Positions 14,040 to 25,650 of a DNA stretch of 64,000 nucleotides are shown piece by piece. The stretch spans positions 202,240 through 266,239 of the forward strand of contig MNCI01001360.1 in the NCBI GenBank assembly GCA_015680685.1, written 5' to 3'. This DNA is from Gnetum montanum. Lineage: Eukaryota > Plantae > Gnetophyta. Each line of letters begins with the position of its first letter. Position 1 is the stretch's first letter. Position numbers and translations under genes: made by a program. Under the pieces are notes generated by a model. That model did no database searches, was not told where the DNA came from, and saw nothing but the letters and a program-made list of their open reading frames with translations.

Positions 14040-15469
14040 TTCAAGCTGCCCCCGCCCCTGCTGGTGGTTTCCCAAGCTCTTCACGCGTGGAACAAGATCG
14101 AGGTGGCGATGGGTGTCACGCCAACATTCGAACCTGACTACGCCGTGTTCCAGGAGGAAGAACTCTAGCAAATGGTGGAACAGTGCGGCTGGAACAGCCC
14201 CTTGCAGCAGTTGGCTGGTGACCCAGACCTTGCAAATGACGCGTTCTTCTCTAACTGGCACAACGACCGAGGGAGAGAGGTAACCATCACGGAATCTTCA
14301 ATTGCCAGGTGTCTGGGGGCCCAGGCCGCTGGCAAGGTCATTTTGCCTTCCACACGAGGGTTTTAGGACGCAAAACTGTTCTTCAATGGGCCGGTGCCAC
14401 GCACGCAAAGCAGACAAGTGCCCAGATCCTCCTTGCCCCAAATTTGGGCCCAAGCAGCAGATCTGGTGGACAGATTTTTTGTCTAGTCTAGCAACAACTC
14501 CAAGCTCCAAGGCATCCACTTTGCCTTCCTTCGTTGCCTGAAGTTGGGACGTCGGGTTAACTTACTCGATTTTTTCTGGCGGCCCTACAACTTCAAAGAC
14601 AAGGCCATCATTCGAGGCTCATCCTGGCCTTATGGCAGGGGGCAGAGAGGGGGCAAAACTCGTAGAACACCCCCCCCCCCCCCTGGCCCATTGTCTTCGG
14701 CCAACCGGGAGAACCTCTAGACCCTACTTGCAATGACTTACACGCGGAAACGGCATAGCCAGCGTGAACAGCGCCCCCCAACCAATACTGCAACACCAGA
14801 GTCGTCTCCGCCTAAGACCTCCGAGCGCAATGCGAACTGGGACGAGGAGTTGCAGCAGGCTGCACAAAAGGCCGCATCCATGGCACGCGAGGCTGAGCGG
14901 CAAGAATGGGAGGCAAAATGGCAAGAATCCCTCGTGCAAGCACGGGCTGAGTTGGAGGCCCAGTTTAGAGAAAGGGAGCAAGAAAGGGTGAGGCAACAAA
15001 CCCTCCTAGCCGATGCAGCCCAAGCCCAGCTGGTGGATGAGATCCAGGCCCAAGTGCGGAAAGAATTGATGCAGGAGGAAACCACTCGAAGGGAGCACGA
15101 GAAGGCTGAACGGGCACAACTTGAACGAGAACAGAAGGAGGAGGCCCAGCAGCAAAGCCAACTAGACTGGGCACACGAACACAGCGCCCACCAATGGCTT
15201 ACAGGTGGACGGTGCCCATACCTCATCCTGGGCATCAATTGTGACGGCTCTTGGGGGGGCTCAAACACCATATCCGCCGAACCTCAACGCACTTCCACCC
15301 AAATACGGGGACATCAACGGTAGATAGGAATAGACAGGAGTCGGCCATGCAAGGAATCCAGCAGGCCGCTAGTTTTGTGGACACGAAACTCCATCAAAAC
15401 ACGCTAGATATTCTTCATGAGCTAGAATGCCCACACTGTGGCTGCCATCGGCTGCCAACAAACCCCTAG
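14040..15469 (+). pseudogene. LINE ORF2 C-terminal extension: PMD/Transposase_32-like domain, coiled coil, J-domain-like, CxxC
   Basis: One frame runs 14040-15250, interrupted only by TAG stops at 14166, 14364, 14484 and 14718. A one-base slip in the G run at 15253-15259 continues it to the stop at 15469. Homologous to the 3' end of the second LINE. Confidence 0.75.
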
Positions 15470-18400
15470 CAGGGTCGCTGCTTTCAACCTGCGAGGGTTG
15501 TTGTTGCCCCCCCTCCCCCCCCCCCCCCCCCTTTTTTCGCCCCTTGCCCCCCCCCCCCCACCCAAAACTCATTTTTTAGCTTAGAGTGGCTACGACTAGA
15601 CTAATGCGAAGTTTGGCATGTCGATTTTGGGGTATTACCCCACCACACATGGGCCATTGTTGATGACCCGCTGTTTGTAATCTCTTGTACTATATTTTTT
15701 CAGCAATACAATCCCGACTATTTCCTCAAAAAGAAAAATAGTTCAATAATAGAGTAGTTTGAGCTCTACAAATCAAAGACCATAGCCCTGCTGGAGAAAG
15801 GAAAGCAAGCTATAAAAGAGTTGTCGCAACTAAAACAATTGAAAGAATTTCACCTACAATGCTTGATTCTATGTGATTGCAAATGATGAAGGAACAAGCG
15901 AAGGAAGCTAAGGAGCTGTCTACGATGACCACCTAAAAGTAAAATGCAACTGCAAAAAAAAAAAAGTTTGTGGTTCAAATTTGGACATCAATCAAACTAT
16001 TAGATATATCCTCTACTCAAGATACAATCATTCATTTCTTAACATAAGAAGAAAAATGACTTATGAAAGGTTACGATGGTCCATAAGTAGTCATAACCAT
16101 TCACAAGATACAAAAAAGCACAGGATCACACCTTGTAGATATCGGGATTAATTTTGAGATATCTGTACAATAAGGAAAAGCCCTCATGAGCCAAAAACAA
16201 AATATGGTGGTGGTTTGTAAGACCACATAAAAGGAAAAGGCAGACTTATAGCATTGCCAAAGAAAGAAGCAACACCAGTAAAACATAAGTTCTTACAAAC
16301 TTAGTATAGACTAGTCTAAAGTAATAGCAAGCCTAAAAATGATGTTAGGATATATTAGAATCAGAACCAAGGCTAGTTGTAGGCTATCTACAATAGCTTA
16401 TGATCAATACTAATCTACAATGCCAATCAACATCACTTAAAGGATTCGTAAGTTGGCAGTAAGACTTTTGATACTCATAATTGTAGAAAGGATTACAAAG
16501 TACAGTTATCTTATAGATCAAAGTTACAATGACTCCCTTGGCTCATTATACAGATCCTGGTATATTAGAGTTGCCCAAGAAAGTGTAAAACCAAACTCTA
16601 ATGAAAACAGAGCTTTGACGTTGATGTCAAGGCTAAAGAAAATCTTCTCAAAGAGAAGTAGAATCAGTTGGTGTAATTGGATGCTAAGAAAAAAAAAGAC
16701 ACATGCAAGGACCACAGAATTGGCACAACTGTCAGCAAATATGTCTGCAATTGGTGAATATGTAAGTCTGCGATTGGTGAATATGTAAGTGACCTTCTCA
16801 ATTTAATTGTTCAAAATAACTTGCTCATCACGAATCATCCTCTCTCCATGGACAAGAATGTATTGGAGCAAGTAACCACTACCAAATTAAAGTCTCTGGT
16901 GCTTCCCTCTTCTTCTTTTAACCCTCCTTCCTCCACAGTTGAAACTGCGATGATTTTATCAAAAATACATAAGCCTCCTTCACAAACCACAGAGAAGGTA
17001 AATGTTGAAGATGATCCTTCCCTCCGTGAGTTTGATAGTATGTTAAATATTGAGCTCTCCTAAACGTAAATAAAAATTAAAACAGGCTTCTTTATTTTCA
17101 AATGATGGTTTTAGAATTTTTGTGGCTTCAAATTTATGTTCTATCTTAAAAGTTAAATATTATCTTGGCCATGCTATCTTTTAAAGAAATTTATCTCCAT
17201 TTAGTTTTTTATCACAATCTTCTTCTTACCATTTCAAGAAATCTTAATAAAAAGATAGGATAATGAGACTGTCGGTATACTATAATATAATAAGTTATAG
17301 CTTTATTGTTAAAAGAATATTGGTTTTGTTATATACACGGTTAGCCCAAATAAAAAACAGGAATGGAGTATTTAATAAAAGGTATGCCATACTGGGCATT
17401 ACAAACTTCTCCACAACCGTGAAGTAAAACTAAATTATTCTTCAAACTATAAGTACAGTTTAAGGGGAAGTAAAGTCTATTTAATATCCTTTAAATTTGT
17501 TTTAAATTTTCAAAAAACGATAAAATGTAAATCCACAAAAAAGTGACCGATAATAAAGCTTTGATAAGTTGTTTAATGAAAGTTCACCTGCATTGAGTTT
17601 AAAGGGAAGTGTTAAGTGATGTTGTGATTATCAATCTCAACGTGTATGTTATTAAAAAGGATGTATGATTGTTATGTTCTTAAAAAGGATGTATAATTGC
17701 TATGGTTAAAATGAAGATATGATTAGTTAGCTATCCTGTGAAAGGGTGTGTGTCTATCAAATTAAAGACATGTCTCTTGGATTTCTAAAGCAATAAAATG
17801 GATGGCACTATCATGTTCTACATACACAGACTCAACATACAAGAGACACATTACAACCGTCGGTTACAAAGTACATGGTTACTGTTATACTCTACCGTTC
17901 CGACCTGACTATTTCAGTTCATATTCTGTATTCAATACACTATATTTTACTCAGTTCTTAACTTTACGTTGTGTCTGACAAAATTGTGGGTACTTGTCAT
18001 TCACAGTTTGGTGTTTAATGTTTTGTATTTGTGTGTCCATAAGCTATGAAGCTTAATGTGCACCCTCGATCATTCTAAGTCTTTATTGTTCGTCATATGA
18101 CTTATGTCTCATCTATGTATTGCAACCGTGGATTGCCTTACGGTTATATATCTGTGGTTTTTTCATCTGTTACATTTGTAATATTCTGCTCAATAAATTT
18201 GCTTTGTTTACTTCCTGTGGACCTTACATTCCAACAATTCCAATATCACTTTAAAATTGTGAATGAGTATTTTGTACCTCTTTATTTTTTATCAATTGCA
18301 AAACTATACAAAGTTGGAAGAAATGCACAATAAGTACTTCAAACATTTTCTCCCAATGGTGAATTTCACACCATCCTATGATCCTTTGATGGCTTCTCCA

Positions 18401-20369
18401 TAAGCCACAAGTTTTCTGATGGCAAAATCGAATGACTTCCAATATTAGAGAGAGTGTTTTGCACGATCTTTAAGGATGCATCAAATAACATGGTCGTGTG
18501 TCTCAAGTGTAGGCTGTCCCATATTAATTATAATAGTGCAAAACATATGTTGGAGAACGAGCGAAGAACAGAGATCTTTCTCAAGCCTCAGCCGAATTAT
18601 GTGTCTCTTTCTATCTTCAAAACTTCATTTTGGAGAAACTGCAAAATGTATTCAATTTTCATAGATCTAAGAAACTCGCTGGTCAGAATCTTCAAGGCTT
18701 ATTTGAAAAGGATCAGCATCTGTCAACAACATTGAATAATTTTGTTTGGGAACATCTTGTGTTTTTCAAGGGCTTTGTGACCCTTGTTACAGTTCTTACT
18801 CGCTCCATACCAAACTGACTCTTCTCCTACACATCTATGCTTTGGTAGTATTTGTGCTATATCAAACTTCATTCAGAAGAGTTTTATATGTTGTTGAAAA
18901 AACAAAACCATTGTGTAGTTCAAGGATGACGCTGCAATGAAAGAGGAGTTCTGTTGCCAAGTGGAAAAACCCAACTATTGGCAACATCAAAACGGAGGAT
19001 GCAAGGGAGCTTACAATTATGTGGGAAAGATATGAGTGCCAAGCACATGAAAAGTCTAGCAGAGCCCTATGATGAAGTATGACACTTGAGTCTTGCCAAA
19101 GAAGACGCAGAGGTGTATAATGCAAGTTATCATCTAGATGAAATTCCCATCGCAATAAGTTAGGTGGTTATTGCAGCACAGTAATACCAATTTATTGCAA
19201 CGGAATATGAAAAGGAGTATCGCCTGCAAAAGACGTATAGGTAACAGATGACAATAGCAACAAAAAAAGCTAGGAAAAGGTCAAGGAAGCAGTCTCGCAG
19301 TACAGCATTGGGCTTCTACAAAATCCACTGCACAATATTTATGTGGTGCAAAAGATGACCCTGCTTGATATAAAAGGTATCATTTATTATACAGTATTGT
19401 AGCAGACCATTGCATGTGTTGGTACTCCAGAAACTGCTTCCACAGAATATATTTCAAAGCTTGCTTACAAAAGTCTGAAAAACGAGAAGAAAGAAGTTTA
19501 GGCATCCTCATCCAAAGTGTTTCAGAATATGGCCAACTGGGAGAAGCTTGTCAAGAGGTGTGGCAAGAAGGATCTAAGAAGACCCCTCCAGAAACTTGAT
19601 GAAGAGACCAACCTGTCCTCCACAACAATCAAAGTTTGCAGAAGCAAGTGGTCAAACAAGGACAGGAGCTAGTGGTGGGTTGTGCAAAGTTACAGAAGGC
19701 TGTTACTCAGCAAAATGAACTCCAAGAGAAGGGGAAGCATCTCAAGGAGTAACTTTAACATAAACAGCCACCCACACTGCTGAGTTGCAAAAGTTGCAGG
19801 AGGAGCTAATGCTCAAAGAAAAGATTTGGATAGCATTCCTCCACAACAATCTGAACCAACAAGTTTACTCAGTTCATTCTTCTTCCCACCATCTTCCTAC
19901 ACGATCCCTTGAAGTCTATGCTCTATAGCAAGGAAGAAGAAGATTAACCTCTGCAACCGACTTGATGGCTAAGTAATATGCGCCCCTGCATGAACTAAAG
20001 TTGTAATATTGGTTTTTTTATTTAATAATTCCATAATGAATAAACGGTTTCTTGTGGTTGGTTCTAATATGCTTCGTCAAACTTGCATTCCAAAATAAAG
20101 GGGAGAAGTCCATACTGTGACAACATTGTGATTAACTTTGTAACTAGCTGCTATAGTAATTTATTCTTTTATATAAGTCTCTTTCCTTAACCTACTTCCA
20201 CTTTGAGAACACATTTTGTCAATTACAGGGAAATGTTGACATTATGAAAAGAGAATTTTGTAATATAAAAAATAATTAGCCAAACATGTTCCCGATTTCT
20301 CGGTAACAAAGTGGTATTGACCCCTTAACAAATAGACGTATTCCAATGAAGCAAACATTACGATGGTTG

Positions 20370-23300
20370 ACTTTCAGAAAAGAAAAAGCCCAAGGAATGA
20401 ACAAAGACAAGTACAGAAGACAAGGAGATATGAAATCAAGAATCCTCCAGACCTCTTCACCACAAAAGGTACATCCACTACAAAGAGATAGACAGGAGTG
20501 CTAAAACTAGGGAAGTAGCTCAGCGACACTTCACCAGAACCAGATATGATTAGCACAGTAGAAATTAGGGTTCAAAAAAGGCCCTACTAATTGGCTAGAG
20601 TTGAACTAATTAGTATTTGTAGTGTTCAAGACTACAAAGGTTTTAGCCACCCATCCACAATGATCCATAAGCAGTTGTTTACACCAATGTGAAAGTCGGT
20701 TCAACTAAAGCTGCAAAATTTAACTTAGCTGATCATCTTCAAGTTCATTTTTGATGGTCGCCTAATGCAAGTCACTTCATCATTGCTCTTCCTTGGCCAT
20801 CTCTTCAAGGCACAATTCTTCCTACTCCACCAAGTGTCGGTATTCATGTTCACGTGCCTAGCAGTTAGCCTCCTACAGGGCCATTTCTCCGCCCAAGCCC
20901 TAGCAACCACTTCTTCAATGGCTCTTGCCAAGTCGGCTTCAAATTTGTCTTGGAGTTCCCAACAGATATTTTCAGCATGCACCAAGGATGTATCAGGTGA
21001 GGAAGGCTCCGAACCAGCAATCACCCCTGGCACTCCCCATGCATCTCATCCCCTAGAACCTCTAGTGCATCAAACACTGGAGAGAAGGGCATATCTACCA
21101 ACGGCCATTGCCACCCATAGATTGCCATGCACAACATGTAACAGGCAAGGGGTAGCACCACTGGAACGCCGCATTCTAGAGGGCCAAGATAGCCCCAAAT
21201 GACAGCCCCATCATTGCCAATGCAACAAAGCAAGGAAGAACTTTGGGAGGTTAAGCCTACAGCCCAACCCCAAGCATTTGAGGAACATAAAGAGTGCACC
21301 TTGCAACTTCCAAACGTTGCCAGATTGCATGAAAAAATAGTCAATCAACTCCATGGCATCTTGCCACAACGGTGGCAAGGCCAACTTGGGGACATGTCTA
21401 CTCCCTGTTTTGGGAATGGGCCTTCAAAGAAATCCTCCACGTCCTGTAAGCCTCTTCCGGTGGGGAGAACCACCTCCTCATCCACTAGAACCCCGAGATA
21501 CTAAGCCAAAACCTCCTCGATTAGCATAAAATACACACAATGTTAGGTCGTACAGTCAACCCTCCAATTCTAATAGAATAAGCTATCAACAAGGTCAAGG
21601 TCCCCCACCAACAAAGGGAGAAGGGCAACCCACCCAACACACATAAGCAAACCCCAAAGCACCTGGTTACCCTGGTACCCCATGCATGTTGGCTCATAGG
21701 TAGGTGTAATGCCCATCGTGACAGTAGCCTCCCACCACAACCAAACACCGAGGGCAGCAACCTGCACAGAAGGAGGAAGAGGCTCAAAGCTAAAAATCAA
21801 AGCGTTACATGCCCACCACAGACACTAGAGGACCACGAAAGTTGTGGAGTCCTCATCAAGCTTGACCAGCGGCTAGAGTGTAGCAGACCACCAAACCTCT
21901 GTGGCAAAATGGCATTGATATGCAAAGTGGTACAACATTTCAAGGTCTAACACACAGAGGATAGATGTTGTCGATATTAATGCCTTGCGTCATAAGCAAA
22001 ACGCACACCAACAAAGCAACATGAGATAGAAACCAAAGGAAGGCTTTTATTTTTTTTGATAGCCAGCCCGCCCAAATCACCTTCCATCCCTTGACCATGG
22101 GATATTTCTTTTTGATGATATTGTGTAGCTGCACATCCTGCATTTCCCCTTGGGACACCACTTGCACATGTCTACAAAGGGTACACCAAATATGCAAGTC
22201 CTGAGTGCCTGTTGTCTCATGACTGGTATTTGTTTATCATGATGCAAATCCATTGGGCAGAGTTGTCAATATGTTGCATTAGCCAGTTGGCGAGGAGTTG
22301 GTATCCCATGTTGATAACATCCTGGAATTTCAAGATACCCAAATCCCCAACAAACTTGGGCCTCACCCCAATCTCCTAGCAAATGAGATGCATACATTCA
22401 CCCCCTATACCCCCCAACCAAATAAAATTCCTTACTAACTGATCAACTTTGTCAATAATGCCCTTCGGGGATGAGCCAACAGAAGCAATAAATCTAGCAA
22501 TGGTCAATAGGACAGAGGTAGCAAGAACAATTTTTTTCTTCCTAGTTAAAAAGCACATTGTCTAATGCCCAATTCGTTGTTAGAGCTTTTGGGAGCAATT
22601 TAGACCACGACATCATTCTATTTGAAGCATACATTGGCAGGCACATATAGTGAGTCCATCGGCATTCCCAAGAGGATGCCAAGCACCTGACAAACCTACC
22701 CCTTCACTCGACCGTTAGTATTAAGGAAGTGGAGCGTGGACTTCCCTTTGTTGAGTTCAAGTCCAACCTATTTGGCCATCCTGCAAAGCAATCTATTCAC
22801 CACTTGGGCCTAGGGAACCGCAACACGAGTGAAGAAGATAGTATCATCAACGCGGTGTTATGTCAAGTAGTGTACCCCAATGATCTCCATCCCCCTAAAC
22901 CCTTCCATTTTACAGTATAAGTCCATCATATCCATTGTGATAATAAATAGGTAGGGGGATAAGGGGATCCCCTTGTCATAACCCTAGACCAGGGGAGGAG
23001 AACCCCCAAAGCTTCACATCAATATCCAATGAGTACGCCCTAGAAGCTTGTAAGTTGATACATAAATTGATGAACTTCAAGTAAAGCCCTTTTCTAAGTA
23101 CAATTTCTCTAAGGGTGTTCCAACTAACAATATCATAGGCTTTCCTGATGTCAAGTTTGATGCACATTCTCAGATATTTAGCTACCTGGACAAAGTGCAG
23201 GATCTCCTACAACAGGATGACCTAGTCCTAAATATATCTTCCTTTAATAAACCCGGCTTGTTGCACACCCACAAAAGTTGGCATTGGTAGTGCCATCCTC

Positions 23301-23905
23301 CATACAATTTTTGTGAAAAGGTGAAGCAGGGTATGGCAAACCCCAATGGGCCTGAACTAGGATGGTTTGGTGGGGTTCGTGACTTTGGAAATAAGCACAA
23401 TGCAAGAGCAATTAATCTCATGTCAAACCTGCTACCAATGGAGCATCAAGTTGAATGTGTCTAAAATATTCCTTCCCAGGATGTCATCATACTCCCTAAA
23501 GAATTCTGTAGGCCATCCATCAGGCCCAGGACCTCTAGCAGCTTTGAGCAATGCCATAGCCCACTCCAATTCAAACAAAGTAAAAGGTACAAGCATCTTT
23601 CAGTTCTCTACCTCTCCCACCACCGTTCAGATTTGGGCAGAAACTAGAAGAGTTTCCTTTCTACACAAGATATCCGCCCAATATGCATGCATAGCCTGAG
23701 CAGTATCCTTGGTCTTGTGAAAGATGTTTCCCTTGTGGATTAGGCAATGAATTCTTTTGGATTCGTTCTTAGCTTTTGCTGTCGTGAAGAAAAATCGGGT
23801 ATTCCTGTCCCCCTCCTTCAACCAACAAACCCTCGAGCACTACCTCTAGTATAGTTCCTCCTCCACAAACAACTCCTAGAGCTCCATCAACACCTCGTGC
23901 TATTC
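20370..23905 (-). mobile_element. 5'-truncated L1-clade LINE related to the first, with the same C-terminal extension
   Basis: KEGDRNTRFFFTTAK, IKLDIRKAYD, QGDPLSP and KKIKAFLWFL motifs, followed by the MGITPTYEP...GDLDL...KLQG extension and a coiled coil. The 3' boundary is approximate; no clear poly(A) or TSD. Confidence 0.88.
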
Positions 23906-24326
23906 ATTCTCATTCTATGATAATGAGGTTGACCAAGATAAAATTGGTTACTACTTAGATTAAACCAGGATTCAAACCAATAATCACTACAATAACTTTT
24001 TAAGTCAAGAGAGAGCATAGTAACATTGATTTAAGACTCCAACTTCATCTCAAGTGTTTCTGCTTCAGTACCCAAGATGAGAGCATGGAAGCTTAGCAGT
24101 AAACAAATTTTTGAGGGAGCAAGCTCTTGCATAACACTACAAAATTCTAAGGTTCAAACACATCTCAAATGCAATTTTCCAGCTAAGTAAGACAAACTTT
24201 AAAGCATAACTAGGAAAAATGAGAACTGTGCAAGGTCTAGCTTCAAGACCGTAAGCAAATGCAGTACTAGTAGTTTAAACTGAGCATTTCAACAATAGAA
24301 AATGTTTGTAACGAGCTAGAGATTAC

Positions 24327-24433
24327 CCCAAATTGATATCAACGTAATCACAATAAGGCTGAACAATCTGGGCTGCAGCCAAAAGTCGTTCAGGATCATT
24401 TGCACAGAATTGCACAAATAAAGGACGATCATT
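24327..24433 (-). CDS. DUS1: tRNA-dihydrouridine synthase (DUS1-like), exon 2
   Basis: TTTGCAG acceptor, then [36 protein letters not shown], then GTAATC donor. Phase 0 matches exon 1. The canonical DUS motifs VQFCAND and DINLG(CP) are present. Missed by the ORF track. Confidence 0.95.
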
Positions 24434-24531
24434 CTGCAAAGAAGTATTAGAAATCTTATAAATCCATTATAAAATGAGCTGCTAAAATCACATTTTGCAT
24501 TACATATAATTTCAAATTTTCACATCTTCAG

Positions 24532-25650
24532 TGGTAACAAATGCAGTCACATAATTTTAAGTATAACAGAAGAAGCAGAAAAATAACAGCACAGGAAGTG
24601 CAAACAGCATATAATAACGCAAGAAATAGGAGCACAAAACAAAGTTCCTTTACTACTTCCAAAAGCAAACACAAGACACCCTAAAGTTCCAGCCAAGACA
24701 AACAAAAAGCCTTCACAGCCAAAACTATACCAACACAACTTTAATCAGCAAAAATATAATAAAAGATTTGGCTTCACTAGCTAACATTCTCCCTTTCGAA
24801 GACAAATCTGAAGAGCCTTCAAGAAATCAGCAGATGTCCATCCATTGCTTATGACCTAACTATAGCATACATGTATTTGCGTAAGCCATGCTTTCCATCA
24901 ATATTATATTTGTCATGAGAATAGCCAAATTCCTTTATTGTATCTATTTTATGAATATCCACTATTTCTATAGTTGCAAGGATTTCCATTCTTCATTCAT
25001 GATCCTTTCTAGCAATGTTGAATCAAAAAAGGATCTAGCTTCTACAATAGGTTCAAGTTCTTCACCATATACATATAAGACATAATGTACAGAAGAAGAA
25101 TAATTATCAGGTTGTCTTAAAACATAAGTAGATCGTCTCACACTATGTACTAGTCTCTTAAGAAGCCTGATTCTTTTCTTCCCAGTCCTGATTAACCATT
25201 TCATCTTCATTATCCATTTATTCATAATCATAAGATTTAATATTTATGTCTAAAGCAACATCAGTTTGTTTTTCCTCATTTACAGATGGGATGCAACTCC
25301 AGTTGGCTCTTTTTGTGTTACACTGGACTAAACATTTGTCCATAATGATCTTCATTCCTTTTTGCATAAAAAAAGTGTTTTCTCTAAATGTAACATATCT
25401 TGATCTGGTAACCTGTCTGCAACCAGGGCCCTCTATCATCATCATCATCACAACATAGAAAAATGCATCTGAGTGCCCTATGATCCCACTTAGGCCTTTG
25501 CAATTTGTGCAACGGCCATTAAAATTGAGGTGCTTGTATGAAATGGATTTTCCCTTCCATAAAGTTTATGGAATCTGATCTTCCATAGCACTATGTGAAG
25601 CTTGTTTTTCAGATGCAGATGCAGCTTTACAAACAACCTCAATTTAAGAT
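24532..25650 (-). mobile_element. Heavily deleted Ty1/Copia remnant with 3' LTR
   Basis: Integrase tail SRYVTFRENTF and pre-RT YVLYVYGEELEP...MNEEWKSLQ. PPT GAAAGGGAGAA followed by TGTTAG at 24785. The distal LTR end is uncertain. Confidence 0.7.

Larger units (their letters stand above)
9743..15736 (+). mobile_element. Full-length L1-clade LINE with an extended ORF2
   Basis: TSD AATAGTT at 9736-9742 and 15737-15743; A-rich tail; GC-rich body; ORF1 and ORF2 overlap at ATGA (11003-11006). Confidence 0.93.
1628..18236 (+). mobile_element. Non-autonomous LTR retroelement hosting a nested Gypsy and a LINE
   Basis: Homologous LTRs at 1628-2309 and 17610-18236 (TGTTAAGTGATGTTGTGATTATC...ATTCCAACA). 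Degenerate tRNA-Met PBS TGTTATCAGAGC at 2310. PPT GAGTTTAAAGGGAAG before 17610. TSD ATTCT/ATTCC. No gag or pol motifs recognised in its own internal sequence. Confidence 0.85.

Noticed and set aside
14738-15271. 177-aa antisense ORF over the LINE coiled coil
   Set aside because: Ser/Cys-rich mirror of an E/Q/R/A-rich sense frame, with no independent support.
15508-15563. Poly-C tracts in the LINE 3' UTR as a functional G-quadruplex signal
   Set aside because: Homopolymer lengths are unreliable and there is no counterpart in the second LINE.
23918-24785. One long LTR starting at TGATAATGAGG
   Set aside because: The interval contains the intact DUS1 exon 2, so the Copia LTR must be shorter.
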